A stretch of DNA of 64,000 bases. It comes from Sedimentisphaerales bacterium (GTDB lineage Bacteria; Planctomycetota; Phycisphaerae; Sedimentisphaerales; SM23-30). Positions 42,457 to 52,300 of this stretch are shown here, in pieces. A program made the translations under genes and the position numbers. Numbering within the stretch: position 1 is the first letter of the stretch; every line of letters starts with the position of its first letter. The notes under the pieces are model-generated. The model searched no databases. It was not told the origin of the DNA and saw only the letters and a program-made list of their open reading frames with translations. The stretch is taken from contig CAXXFK010000002.1 in NCBI GenBank assembly GCA_963663965.2, forward strand, positions 1 through 64,000. Reading direction: 5' to 3'.

Positions 42457-43571
42457 TAGGAATTCCTCGTATCAGACCTGGGATGGATCCAGATAAAAGT
42501 GATATCATCATCACCAACGGTTTCCTGGAGATTCAAATGAAGGCGACGCTCAAGATCGGTCCTATCGGTTGCTTGATGATAATCGTTCAGAAAGGACCAC
42601 ATGGCTTCGGGCGTTTTCTGGCTATGATAGAAGCCATCGGAACAGAGCAGGATACTGACATCCAGCGGGACTTGTTCTTCGATAAATGACCAGCGCCCCC
42701 GGTTAAAATCATCAGGGAGTACCGCTGTAAAATTACCGGGTCGGATCAATTCAACCGGTTTGAAGGCAGAGAGGGTATGGACAGGATGAATCTGGCGCGA
42801 GTAGATAACCGTGCCCAGATCGCGGTAGTCAGGATCTTTTAAGCGTGAGAACAGATGGTCTGGAACGGCCAGGAGATCTCCCGCATTTAAAGAGGGGAAT
42901 TGAGGGTGAGCGGGGAGGGCGTTTGTTGGATTACTGATCACTTGGCACAGGTGCCCTTTTTTGATACGATTCCCTTTCACTAGTTCCGGAAATTGATCGA
43001 GGGGACCTAAAGTTCGGGTTAAGATTGGATGATCAGGATCATAAATAACCCGGTAGGGACTGGGAGCAATAAAAGCATGATCCGGGGCCCAGTTGGAACA
43101 GGAGAAATTGGAAAAGAGCAGATCACCAGCAGCAGAATAGATAAAGATACCGGAATCGCCGCACCAAATCATTTTCGCCTGCAGGTGATTGGTTTGCGGC
43201 CGGCATTGTACGGCGGCCAGAGTGGTTTGAAAACTGGACTGTAATTTCTGCTGAAGAATATCCTGATACATACCGGTAGCAGTACCGGCAGAATCGGGGA
43301 TTTGAATTCCTTTAGCCATGGCCATTTGCCGATGGTGGTTCAGGATTTGGACCAAATCATTCAAGGAATGTTCCGGTTGATGGTTAAAGAGGACCAGCGA
43401 AAACAAGACACCCAATTCGGCGGCCCGGTCAGCGTAAGGTGAGGAGGTGACGCCATCACAGACACAGGCGGAGAGAGTCGGGCTGACATAGTCAGCCCGA
43501 TCCTGATTTTTGGTTTCTCCCCCCAAGATGGCGGGAGAAATCAGCTTGGTAAAATCAAATTGTGGTTTCAT
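42456..43571 (-). CDS. PP2C-family protein phosphatase (TerY-P/PphC-like) with a large insertion
   Basis: NQD, VCDGVTS, TTL, CGDS, LCSDGF, DDDIT. Confidence 0.85.
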   Translation of the reverse strand: MKPQFDFTKLISPAILGGETKNQDRADYVSPTLSACVCDGVTSSPYADRAAELGVLFSLVLFNHQPEHSLNDLVQILNHHRQMAMAKGIQIPDSAGTATGMYQDILQQKLQSSFQTTLAAVQCRPQTNHLQAKMIWCGDSGIFIYSAAGDLLFSNFSCSNWAPDHAFIAPSPYRVIYDPDHPILTRTLGPLDQFPELVKGNRIKKGHLCQVISNPTNALPAHPQFPSLNAGDLLAVPDHLFSRLKDPDYRDLGTVIYSRQIHPVHTLSAFKPVELIRPGNFTAVLPDDFNRGRWSFIEEQVPLDVSILLCSDGFYHSQKTPEAMWSFLNDYHQATDRTDLERRLHLNLQETVGDDDITFIWIHPRSDTRNS

Positions 43572-43576
43572 ATTAG

Positions 43577-44386
43577 TTACCTATCCTGTCGATCGTGCCG
43601 GCTACCCCCGCTGCCGGCTATCTGCAAACAATTCTTGACCATCTCACGGGATCTAATGTCAAAAAATAATCGTGACTGATTACGAATATTGGGAAAAATA
43701 TTTTCGTTAACCAAATTCTGATGAATGGTTTCCGGCATCACACTGCTCATATTGAACAATCTGATGTTATTGACAGAGGGACCCGCTTCCGATTCCATAA
43801 CATAGCCGGGGAAATCCTGAGGCCCCTGATAGTTCAAACTGGTTTGGGAACCGATGAAGGCGTTAGCCACCAGCGCATTGCCATCTTGCACTGACAGTGA
43901 TTTGATTTTTTCTGCAATGGGGCTGGCATCGGTGTGACTAAGGCCATCAGTGAAATGAAAAACCAACGGAGGAAAGGAATTTTGAAACCGGTCATCACGC
44001 AGGTGTTGCTCTAACGATTGATAAGCCATTTCAAAAGCAGCTAAGGTGTCAGTCCCGCCCAGGTGGCCTCCTTGCCCAAAGGAATTACCGGCTTGGCTAT
44101 AACGATCCACTACGGTTTGGATATCCATCAAGGGATCCCCCCAGAAGTGGGGTGATTTTCCATAGAAGATAATCCCGATGTAATAACGAGGCTTAACAAT
44201 AATCGAGTCGCCCTGAACATCGGTAGAGCGGGTCAGCATTTCTTTGATGATATGGCCCATAAATCGCGCAATCCATTCCCAGACGGGGACATCAGAACCA
44301 GGAAATGAATCGGCGACAGAACCACTTTCATCAACAATAAAAAAAACAATGGTAGGCAAAAAGGATGAAACTATTCTTTCATACAT
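43577..44386 (-). CDS. vWA domain protein (TerY/YegL-like)
   Basis: MIDAS DESGS, GGT, FTDG; P.VFH motif. Confidence 0.85.
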   Translation of the reverse strand: MYERIVSSFLPTIVFFIVDESGSVADSFPGSDVPVWEWIARFMGHIIKEMLTRSTDVQGDSIIVKPRYYIGIIFYGKSPHFWGDPLMDIQTVVDRYSQAGNSFGQGGHLGGTDTLAAFEMAYQSLEQHLRDDRFQNSFPPLVFHFTDGLSHTDASPIAEKIKSLSVQDGNALVANAFIGSQTSLNYQGPQDFPGYVMESEAGPSVNNIRLFNMSSVMPETIHQNLVNENIFPNIRNQSRLFFDIRSREMVKNCLQIAGSGGSRHDRQDR

Positions 44387-44505
44387 GATAGGACCTTTCA
44401 AAAATAAGAACAGATAGAACAGAAAACACGAAAAAGCTATAGAGCAAATGATCGGTTAAAACAGATAGGCGGCGCATGAGATAGGTTATCAAGAGGAAAC
44501 ATGCA

Positions 44506-44748
44506 TTATTCCTTGCGATTGGGGAAGTCGAAGAAAAAACGTAAAATGAAAACAATGAAAAGCAGAATCAGACTCATCGCCAGCAGACTGCGGACAATCG
44601 GATTGGATTGGTTAATCGGCTCCAACGCATCAATCAGCCAAGTAAAGAAAGGTTTGCCAAGTTCGATCAGACGATCATATTGAAATGCGAGCATCAAAAG
44701 GATGAACAGCAACGTAATATTACGAAATTTAAGCTTTAATTGACTCAT
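44506..44748 (-). CDS. small two-TM protein
   Basis: 80 aa; overlaps the ATPase stop (ATGA coupling). Confidence 0.6.
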   Translation of the reverse strand: MSQLKLKFRNITLLFILLMLAFQYDRLIELGKPFFTWLIDALEPINQSNPIVRSLLAMSLILLFIVFILRFFFDFPNRKE

Positions 44749-46865
44749 AGCAGCTTCTCCCAGTTGCCTTGACGTAAATGGGCGAAATTAAGAAACGAAA
44801 ACCGTGCGGTGAAATCAGGGGGCAGGACGGCAGAATTCTGAAAAAAAGATTTGACTGCTGTAGCAGTGGTATAATCTCGGCACAGCCAAATAACCTTATC
44901 AAAACCGGCGGTTTGCAACCTCGCAGCATTACTAAGAAGATTGCTGGTGGATAGAGTCACCTCAATGGCAAACCGGATTCCGGCTGAATCGGTAGCCACC
45001 AAGTCAATAGTGGAACCTTTGGAACCATGCGGGACTTCACTTTGCACCTGATACTTGGAACCTCGTTGAATGAAATAAGCAGCCAGGTCGACTAAAAAAG
45101 AATGTTCCAGACTGACAGAGCGGAGGTATGGAGAGTGTATGTTGAATTTTTCATACGCCGCTTTGGTCGGAACCAGGTATTTGACCCGGCCGACACTGAT
45201 TTGAGTCAATAGATTGGCGGAAAGAGCGGTTTTCAGAGCGGCCTGAAATTCGCGGACAGAAGCAAAGTTAGGTATTCGTTCACTGGAGGTCACGAACCGG
45301 TGGGTGATACAATCGAAAACCAGCCGATCGTATTTGTCCGAAATTATGGGTGTAGGATCCTTAGGTTGAGCTTGAGCAGGAGGATTCGAAGGAGGAGTGA
45401 CGGAAACTGATGGTAATTGGTCGAGGGGATGCCAGGGTTTGATCCGGTAGGATAAATCATTGTTTAGAGATGAGGTAATAGGTAGATCAGGGACGGGTGG
45501 CGTCCAGCCATGAATAGGCCGGCGCCAGGGATGGTCGGCGATGAACGCCAACATCTCCCGGTTTTGAAAACGAGTAATGGCAGCGGTCTGTGGGTCGGAC
45601 AGGGACATGAAATTCCGGATGACTGACAAATTTTCATTGCCGTGAATATTGCCTGTGACGATCATATTGCGGCAGAGGCTAACAAGCGGTGGATCGATTT
45701 GGGCGGGCAAATGCGAAACCAAAATAACAGCGGTTCCGGTGGATCGGAGGGTGGCCAACATGTGGGCAAGCGGTGAGATATTGCCATCGGCAGACCGGTT
45801 GGACTCCAGAAACCGATTTCCATCATCGATGACGATAAGATGGTGGATCTGATTGGTTTCCGGTAAATGACGGGCATTTTGGTATAACCAATAAAGCAAG
45901 AGGTTTAAAAAAGATTTGGATTGAAAAGAATTCGTTAAACCCCTTGCATTGAGAATGTTATTGCGACTGAATAACCAGCTTGGGTGCAGGCTCTGGCGGC
46001 AGGCAAAAAGATTTGAGTTATCCACAATCAATCCGATGCCGGTTTTAGTGGCATCCAGATAACCCTGGAGGCGGAAATTCTTGAATTGCATCCGATCCAG
46101 TTCATATAGCAGATCTTTAAAGCAGATCTCGCAGGCTTCTCCGGTTTGACTAGCATATCGGTCGCGCTTTTCCAGGCAGATTCGAGCTGCCTTATTTAGA
46201 AGATCAAGGCCGTAGATCAGACCGGTGTCACCTGCCAGGGTGGACATGAATTCTAAAACATATTTCTCACGGGATATCGAGGGCGGAGGGGTCAGGTCAA
46301 AGCTGACCGAGGCAAGATCGATGGGAACTGCATTAATAAATGGAGCGAGGGTGGATAACCCGTTTTTGGGATCAATAATCGTAATGGTGACATCAGGGCG
46401 AAAAATAGTGAACGCTTGCAGCAGATGAATTAAAAAATATGTTTTCCCACTGCCCGGAGGACCGACCAACAATAAATAGGTCCTAAGGAAATCAGTGTCG
46501 ATAAATACTTTCATGTAATTCATCAGGATGGTTAGAAGCAATGGTCCAAGGCGTGAAAACGAAAAAGGGAGTAAAGGCCGGAATAGATCGGGCTTACGGA
46601 TTGATTCGAGGTCATCTTGATCAAGGATGAGTTTTAACCGAGACAGGAGGGATTCAACAATATGTGGTAGGCGAGAATGTTCCAGTTTAAAAAGAATATT
46701 TTGGACAGTAGCATTATGGACCAGACCGGAATCGATGAGTTTACTTTCCAAGTCCCATGAGAGAAAAGGATATTCTTGGGAAGGATCAATGCCAAAAATA
46801 ACCCCAATGAAAATGGATATTAAAATTCCGATAAGTAATATTGTCATATCAGTTTTCATCTCCAT
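44745..46865 (-). CDS. membrane-anchored HerA/VirB4/FtsK-like ATPase fused to a C-terminal PD-(D/E)xK nuclease-like domain
   Basis: N-terminal TM; GPPGSGKT, IIDPK, LIVIDDG, LRSTG, VSHLP; C-terminal EH...V, E, IDLV, FAIEV. Confidence 0.7.
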   Translation of the reverse strand: MEMKTDMTILLIGILISIFIGVIFGIDPSQEYPFLSWDLESKLIDSGLVHNATVQNILFKLEHSRLPHIVESLLSRLKLILDQDDLESIRKPDLFRPLLPFSFSRLGPLLLTILMNYMKVFIDTDFLRTYLLLVGPPGSGKTYFLIHLLQAFTIFRPDVTITIIDPKNGLSTLAPFINAVPIDLASVSFDLTPPPSISREKYVLEFMSTLAGDTGLIYGLDLLNKAARICLEKRDRYASQTGEACEICFKDLLYELDRMQFKNFRLQGYLDATKTGIGLIVDNSNLFACRQSLHPSWLFSRNNILNARGLTNSFQSKSFLNLLLYWLYQNARHLPETNQIHHLIVIDDGNRFLESNRSADGNISPLAHMLATLRSTGTAVILVSHLPAQIDPPLVSLCRNMIVTGNIHGNENLSVIRNFMSLSDPQTAAITRFQNREMLAFIADHPWRRPIHGWTPPVPDLPITSSLNNDLSYRIKPWHPLDQLPSVSVTPPSNPPAQAQPKDPTPIISDKYDRLVFDCITHRFVTSSERIPNFASVREFQAALKTALSANLLTQISVGRVKYLVPTKAAYEKFNIHSPYLRSVSLEHSFLVDLAAYFIQRGSKYQVQSEVPHGSKGSTIDLVATDSAGIRFAIEVTLSTSNLLSNAARLQTAGFDKVIWLCRDYTTATAVKSFFQNSAVLPPDFTARFSFLNFAHLRQGNWEKLL

Positions 46866-47484
46866 CTACATCTCCGGCCGGTTCATCGATAACCTCATCA
46901 TCAGTAATCTCTTCCACAAAAACAGCTGCGAGTAGCGAGCCGAGTTTCTGCCAAAACGACGGTTTAGATGGAATCAGGGATTGCTGGCAGGCCACACAAA
47001 TCAACTTGGGCTCACTGTTGATATTAACCAGCTGACAGTGAGGCCGGCATGACCACCGACCGCAAAGTTCGCAAAGCACCCCTGATTCCCGGTCATAAAG
47101 AGACTGTAAGGACGCCTGTTCCGGAGAAATTAACCCCTGCAAGAGAAGAGCCTGAGCTTGAGCCTGGCAGGCAAAGCAAATACCGCCGATTTCATCCGCT
47201 CGATTGACAACCCGACCAGAACCAAGCAAGAAGGAAACTTTATGATTGAAAGAATGAGAAGATTGGTTGATATCATCAAAGACCACTCCTGACCGCTCGA
47301 GGAATTTCACATTAGTGCCGTGAATTTCGTGTATAGTGTGTTCTTCTTCAGAATATGAAGGAGTGGAATAGGGGGCCCCAGAAGGATTGGAGAGCTGCTG
47401 CGGTGGTTGAGGAACATAAGGCTGATATAAAGGGTGAGCTTTTTTGCTGATCAGACGTTTTAAAAAATCTAAGATTTTTGACAT
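46849..47484 (-). CDS. zinc-finger hypothetical protein
   Basis: CFAC, CELC, CRPHC and CVAC pairs; overlaps the ATPase start. Confidence 0.65.
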   Translation of the reverse strand: MSKILDFLKRLISKKAHPLYQPYVPQPPQQLSNPSGAPYSTPSYSEEEHTIHEIHGTNVKFLERSGVVFDDINQSSHSFNHKVSFLLGSGRVVNRADEIGGICFACQAQAQALLLQGLISPEQASLQSLYDRESGVLCELCGRWSCRPHCQLVNINSEPKLICVACQQSLIPSKPSFWQKLGSLLAAVFVEEITDDEVIDEPAGDVDGDEN

Positions 47485-47751
47485 AATCGGTGTGCCTTTT
47501 TTGAATTAAAAACATACATAAAAGAGAGATCGCTCATAGAATTATTTATCAAAAAGGGTGTAGTACTATTCTGTATAATTAAACACCCATATTAAACACC
47601 GAGATTAACCAGGGAGTGATTGTAACTTGTTGTATTATATGTGTTTATGAATTTGCTGGATATGATGTGGGAATTTGGTATAAATAAACAATGTAGTAAT
47701 CACTATTCGAATATGATGGGCAAGAAAAGTCGCGGATAAGGCCCATGATAC

Positions 47752-49299
47752 TAAGCCTGTTTCTGGTCCGATCTGAATAAGGCTCAATGCAGAGTTTGTG
47801 GTATAATCCTGGTAATAAAAGGAATTCGGCAAGATAATCGGATAAGGTCGTTGCCGATGACTTACCGAGGAAAGGATTGGCGATGGTAGATGATTTTCAT
47901 CCGATCAACCGCAGTCAGGCAAATTGGATTCTGCCCGGTTTGGAGGATTGGCTGGGGAAAGATCATCGGACTAGGTTTATACTGGATGCGGTCGAACCAA
48001 TGGATCTGAAGGGGTTTGATTGGGGGTGTCGCAAGGATGACTGCGGTAACATCTCCAATCATTCGCAGATAATGATGGCGTTGCTGCTGTATGCTTACTG
48101 TCACTGCATGACTTCCAGGCGGCAGATTGAGCGACTGTACCAGATGAATATCGCCTGCCGGCCTATTTCGGCCCGGATGGGGATGGTGGCGTTAGAGGAT
48201 ACCAAGATAAAGAGTAATGCTTACCGGGCCTTCAACTTGACGAAAGAGGGTCCAAAAAAAAGGAAGATCAAACGGATGATCCAAACAGCAGATGCGGAGG
48301 ACAAGGCGGGGGGGGAACTGGATGACAAGGGCAGCCAAAGTGATGAATGGCAGGGTAAGTGGCAAAACCGGCAGCAGGGTAGGGAATGGTTCAATCCCTG
48401 CCTGGACCGGTTAAATCATAAAGAAGCGCTGGCGGAGAATCCACAGCTGGACCAAGCGAAGCCGCGCCAATCGCAGGGAGAAAAACAGGGCCAGCTGTTG
48501 CGCAGCTGCAATTCCAAGGCGGATGTTCCGGAAAAGGATGAGAATCGAAACGCTCATCTGACCGATCCGGACAGTGGGATCTTCAAGGCAAGGGATGGCA
48601 TAGTGCAGGGATACCGTGACTTGGCGGTGGTCAGCGAAGATCCGTTGATTCTGGTGGCGGATCAGGTCGACGATCGAGGATTATTGCATCCGATGATCAG
48701 ACCGACGCAGATAAATATAGCAGCGGCGGATTGGAGCGAAGCAATCGATCGGGCGATGGTAAATGCAAGATTTTGTAACGAGGTGGATTTATGTCAGGTG
48801 TCGGCAGTCGGTCCGGCATTGAATGTGGCGTCCTGGACGGCCAGTAAGGAGAGCCGGCAAAAAAAGGAAGCACCACCACTGTATAGGCGGATCCCGTCAG
48901 ATATGGCAGCGACCGCCTGGTGGGTCCGTAAGTTGTCTATCCAAGCCGGGCGGGCGTTGTATAAGTTTTATAGTGAGACTGGAGAGCTGAAGTTAAGCCA
49001 GATCAAGTGGGGGCTGGATATTAACCGGTTTAGTCGCTGGTTTATGGAGATGTGTCTGGGCAAATGGTTGCTAATTAGTACGGTCGGTATGCGACTTTTA
49101 CTATTCCACAGTTGTCAGGCGCGATTCGGAGTATATAAGGGTATTGTCTCCCTGCTATTTACGGATGCAGGGCTTGCCCTGATGACCCGGAAGTTACCCA
49201 CAGTAAATATGGTTTAAAATGAAAGCAGAATCTGAAAGTCTGCCATTCAGCCGACTCTATTCGTTTTTGAATCGAAAAATCGATTGTACAACAGGCTTA
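47752..49299 (+). mobile_element. degenerate IS1182-family element
   Basis: Terminal inverted repeats TAAGCCTGTT (47752) / AACAGGCTTA (49290) enclosing a transposase-like ORF. Confidence 0.65.
47877..49217 (+). pseudogene. IS1182-family transposase, catalytically degenerate
   Basis: L.DWL..DH..RFI, LLLYAY, SRRQIE, EDTKIKSNA (for DGTKIKANA), TDPDS, QGY; DAGY reads NARF. Confidence 0.75.
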
Positions 49300-49330
49300 A
49301 TGAAAGCAATAAACAACTGAGAATAATGAA

Positions 49331-52300
49331 ATGAGTAAAAAAGATTTACCATCAAAAAATAAATATCGGGAAACTTTTTCAAAAAATCATCTGACTCAAG
49401 ATTCAAGAACTGTATATTTGAAATACGAATATCATATAGAGATCTGTTGTGATTTCGAGAGAGCAAAGCCGGATTACCATTATATAAAAATAGGAATATA
49501 TGATACTGCACGGCGAACACATATCAGGGAAACAATTATCATCAATTCGCATTTATCCTATGAAATAAAGACTTCCATTAAATCAACGGTAAAAAACAAA
49601 TGTGCTGTGTATGAGGATGTCAAACATTTTGCAGAGCTTATATATTTACTTAATCTTAAATACGATTATGATAGACTAATACGAGGATATAATTCAGATA
49701 ATGCCGGTTTTTTACATACCTGTGAAATATCAAAATTAAATGATGTAGAGAAAAAAACAAGAGTTGGGAAATCTTTGTATGTTACCTTAGGAAAGTTCAT
49801 AGTATCAAACCAAAAGGACAAAGCATGGAAGCTGTTAAATGATGTTTTTGTAAATCCTGACCAATTGTATCACTTGATTTGCTATATCGGTGTGAGTACT
49901 TTGAGAGAAAGAGAAAAAGAGGAAGCACAACTTCTCTGGTGGCTTAATATTAGTAAGGATGACAATATCTGTTTAAGATATTTGAACGGTGATAATATTG
50001 ATCGAAGTAGCGAGAGTTATAAAAGATTACTCAGCGGCATGTTTTCTTGTCTTGATGATGAATTAGAAAGTTTGCCGGAATTAATAAAAAATGCTGAAGA
50101 CAAAATAGGCACGTTAAACGGCACAGAAACCAATGTTGGCAAAAACACAATAAAAACATTTAAACATCATCTTAAAGCAATTGCTGAGGCTCATCTTCAG
50201 GAAAAGTTGCATGGTAAGGCTTGTATAAAATTTAGACTTGAAATTGGTGAATATGATAACGAAAATATAACTTCGATGAATTCAATCAGGCCAGGTAATG
50301 AGAGAGAGCGAAGATGGAAAGATTTAACCTGTGAAGACTTGGAAGATATCAATGGAATAAATGTTCTGAGTTCTGACGCAGGATGTGGTAAAACAACTTT
50401 ATTGAGAACGCTCCAGGTAGATATAATTGAGAGAACGGATTATATTCCCCTCTACTTAGAGGCTGCAGAAATAGTCAAATGGACATTTGATAAGTATGAC
50501 TATATGTCCTTTAAGGATAAATTATCTGAATACTATAAAGCTATCATTGAAAAGGATAAGATGGGTGATTTATTGGATAGCCACAAAGATAAACTGTATT
50601 TTATAATTGATGGCCTCGATCAAATCGAAGGAGTTGGTAGTGAATATGCAAATTTAGTAAATAGAATTATCAGCTTATTTCCAGATAAAGGAGAAAAAAG
50701 GATTATTATTGCCTCAAGACCCTTTGCCTTATCGGCCATCGAAACAAATGCACAAACTAGTCTGCTTAGACTGAAAAAGTTTAACGATAGTGATTTACTG
50801 GCATATTTTGGATGTAATTATGATATTGCAAAGAAGTTATGTCAGAGATGTATGGAATTGCTTTGCGTTCCCATGCTTGCATATATGGTAAGATATCTTA
50901 TCGAAAATAATGAGACTGAAAGCCTCAGCAATCGCACCGATATTTATCGAAGATATGTTAATTATATTCTCAATAATTCAAACCTAAGATACAGGCATGA
51001 TAATCTCAAAATATCTGACCAAACCAAAAGAGGCATACTGCGAGTCTTATCGGAGATTAGCTATAATGCAATAGCCCAAGAACGACCTTTATTTCAGGCA
51101 ATACCATTTGATATTGTAGATCGATGCTCAAAAGATAATGGTATTGTTACGGATGAATTATTTAAACTTGGTATGATAAATCAATTGGGTAATAATATCT
51201 ATTTTTGTCATCAGTCATTTCAGGAATATTTGGCTGCTGTTTATATTGCACTAGACGATTCACTGATTGATAAAGTTCTTCTTGAAAAATGGAATCCTAA
51301 GTGGGAAGAAACACTCAAATTTCTAACAGGAATAAAAGGGCAAGTAATTATCGATAAGATATTGGCTGAAAAGGATAACATTATTCATGCGAAGACATTT
51401 CAAGCAGCAAAATTTGTCCTAGAAACAGATGTAACCAAAGTATTCAAAGGAGAGATTATAAGTAAAGTTGAAGCTTTATTATGTATTCCTTTCTTTTCTG
51501 ATGATGCTTTAGGATGTTTAGCTTATATTGATTATGATAAAGCAATGGATAGCCTTAAATATCTAATCATGAATGACAATGACTGTCTGGGCATACCGTC
51601 TATAATTCAACAATTAAATGTAACTATCAGAGATGATATTACTGAAATATTGGCTGATAAACTCTCGTATAATAATTGTGAAAATGTTGATGTGCTATTA
51701 TTTATAATGGCAAAATTAAAAATTAAAATTAACCAATACATAATTAGTAAAATAATTGATGTAATTCCATTTGCTCATTATTTATCGTTTCATGAAATAG
51801 CATGCATATTACGAAAAGGTAATGGTGATTCAATAAATAGCATAGTAAAGCTATTAGGTAGTGTAAATTATCAAATAAGAGATGAGGCATTAAGTATCAT
51901 TAATGAACTTAAAGACAGAATTAATGAAGACTCATTGAAGATAATTATTTCTTACATAAGCAATGATGATGATGATATAGTCGAATCTGCAATTAGTGCC
52001 CTTGAAATAATAAATTATAATGTTAGTGATACTATCATTGAGACTATTATTGGATTGCTTGAAAAGAATAACGCTCAAATAATTCTATCTGTGTCAAGTA
52101 TTCTTGCTAAGGCAGAGATAAAATATCGCAAAAGAGCATCGCTTGTAATAATGAATTATATGGAATGTTCAAGCCTAATAATTCTCCAGGCATTAATTCG
52201 TGGTATAGGGATATTAAATATAAGTCTAGATAATAAAATACTAAATAAAATAGCCAATTATTTACATCATGAAAGTGGCGGTATTGTTCTTGAATCTCTA

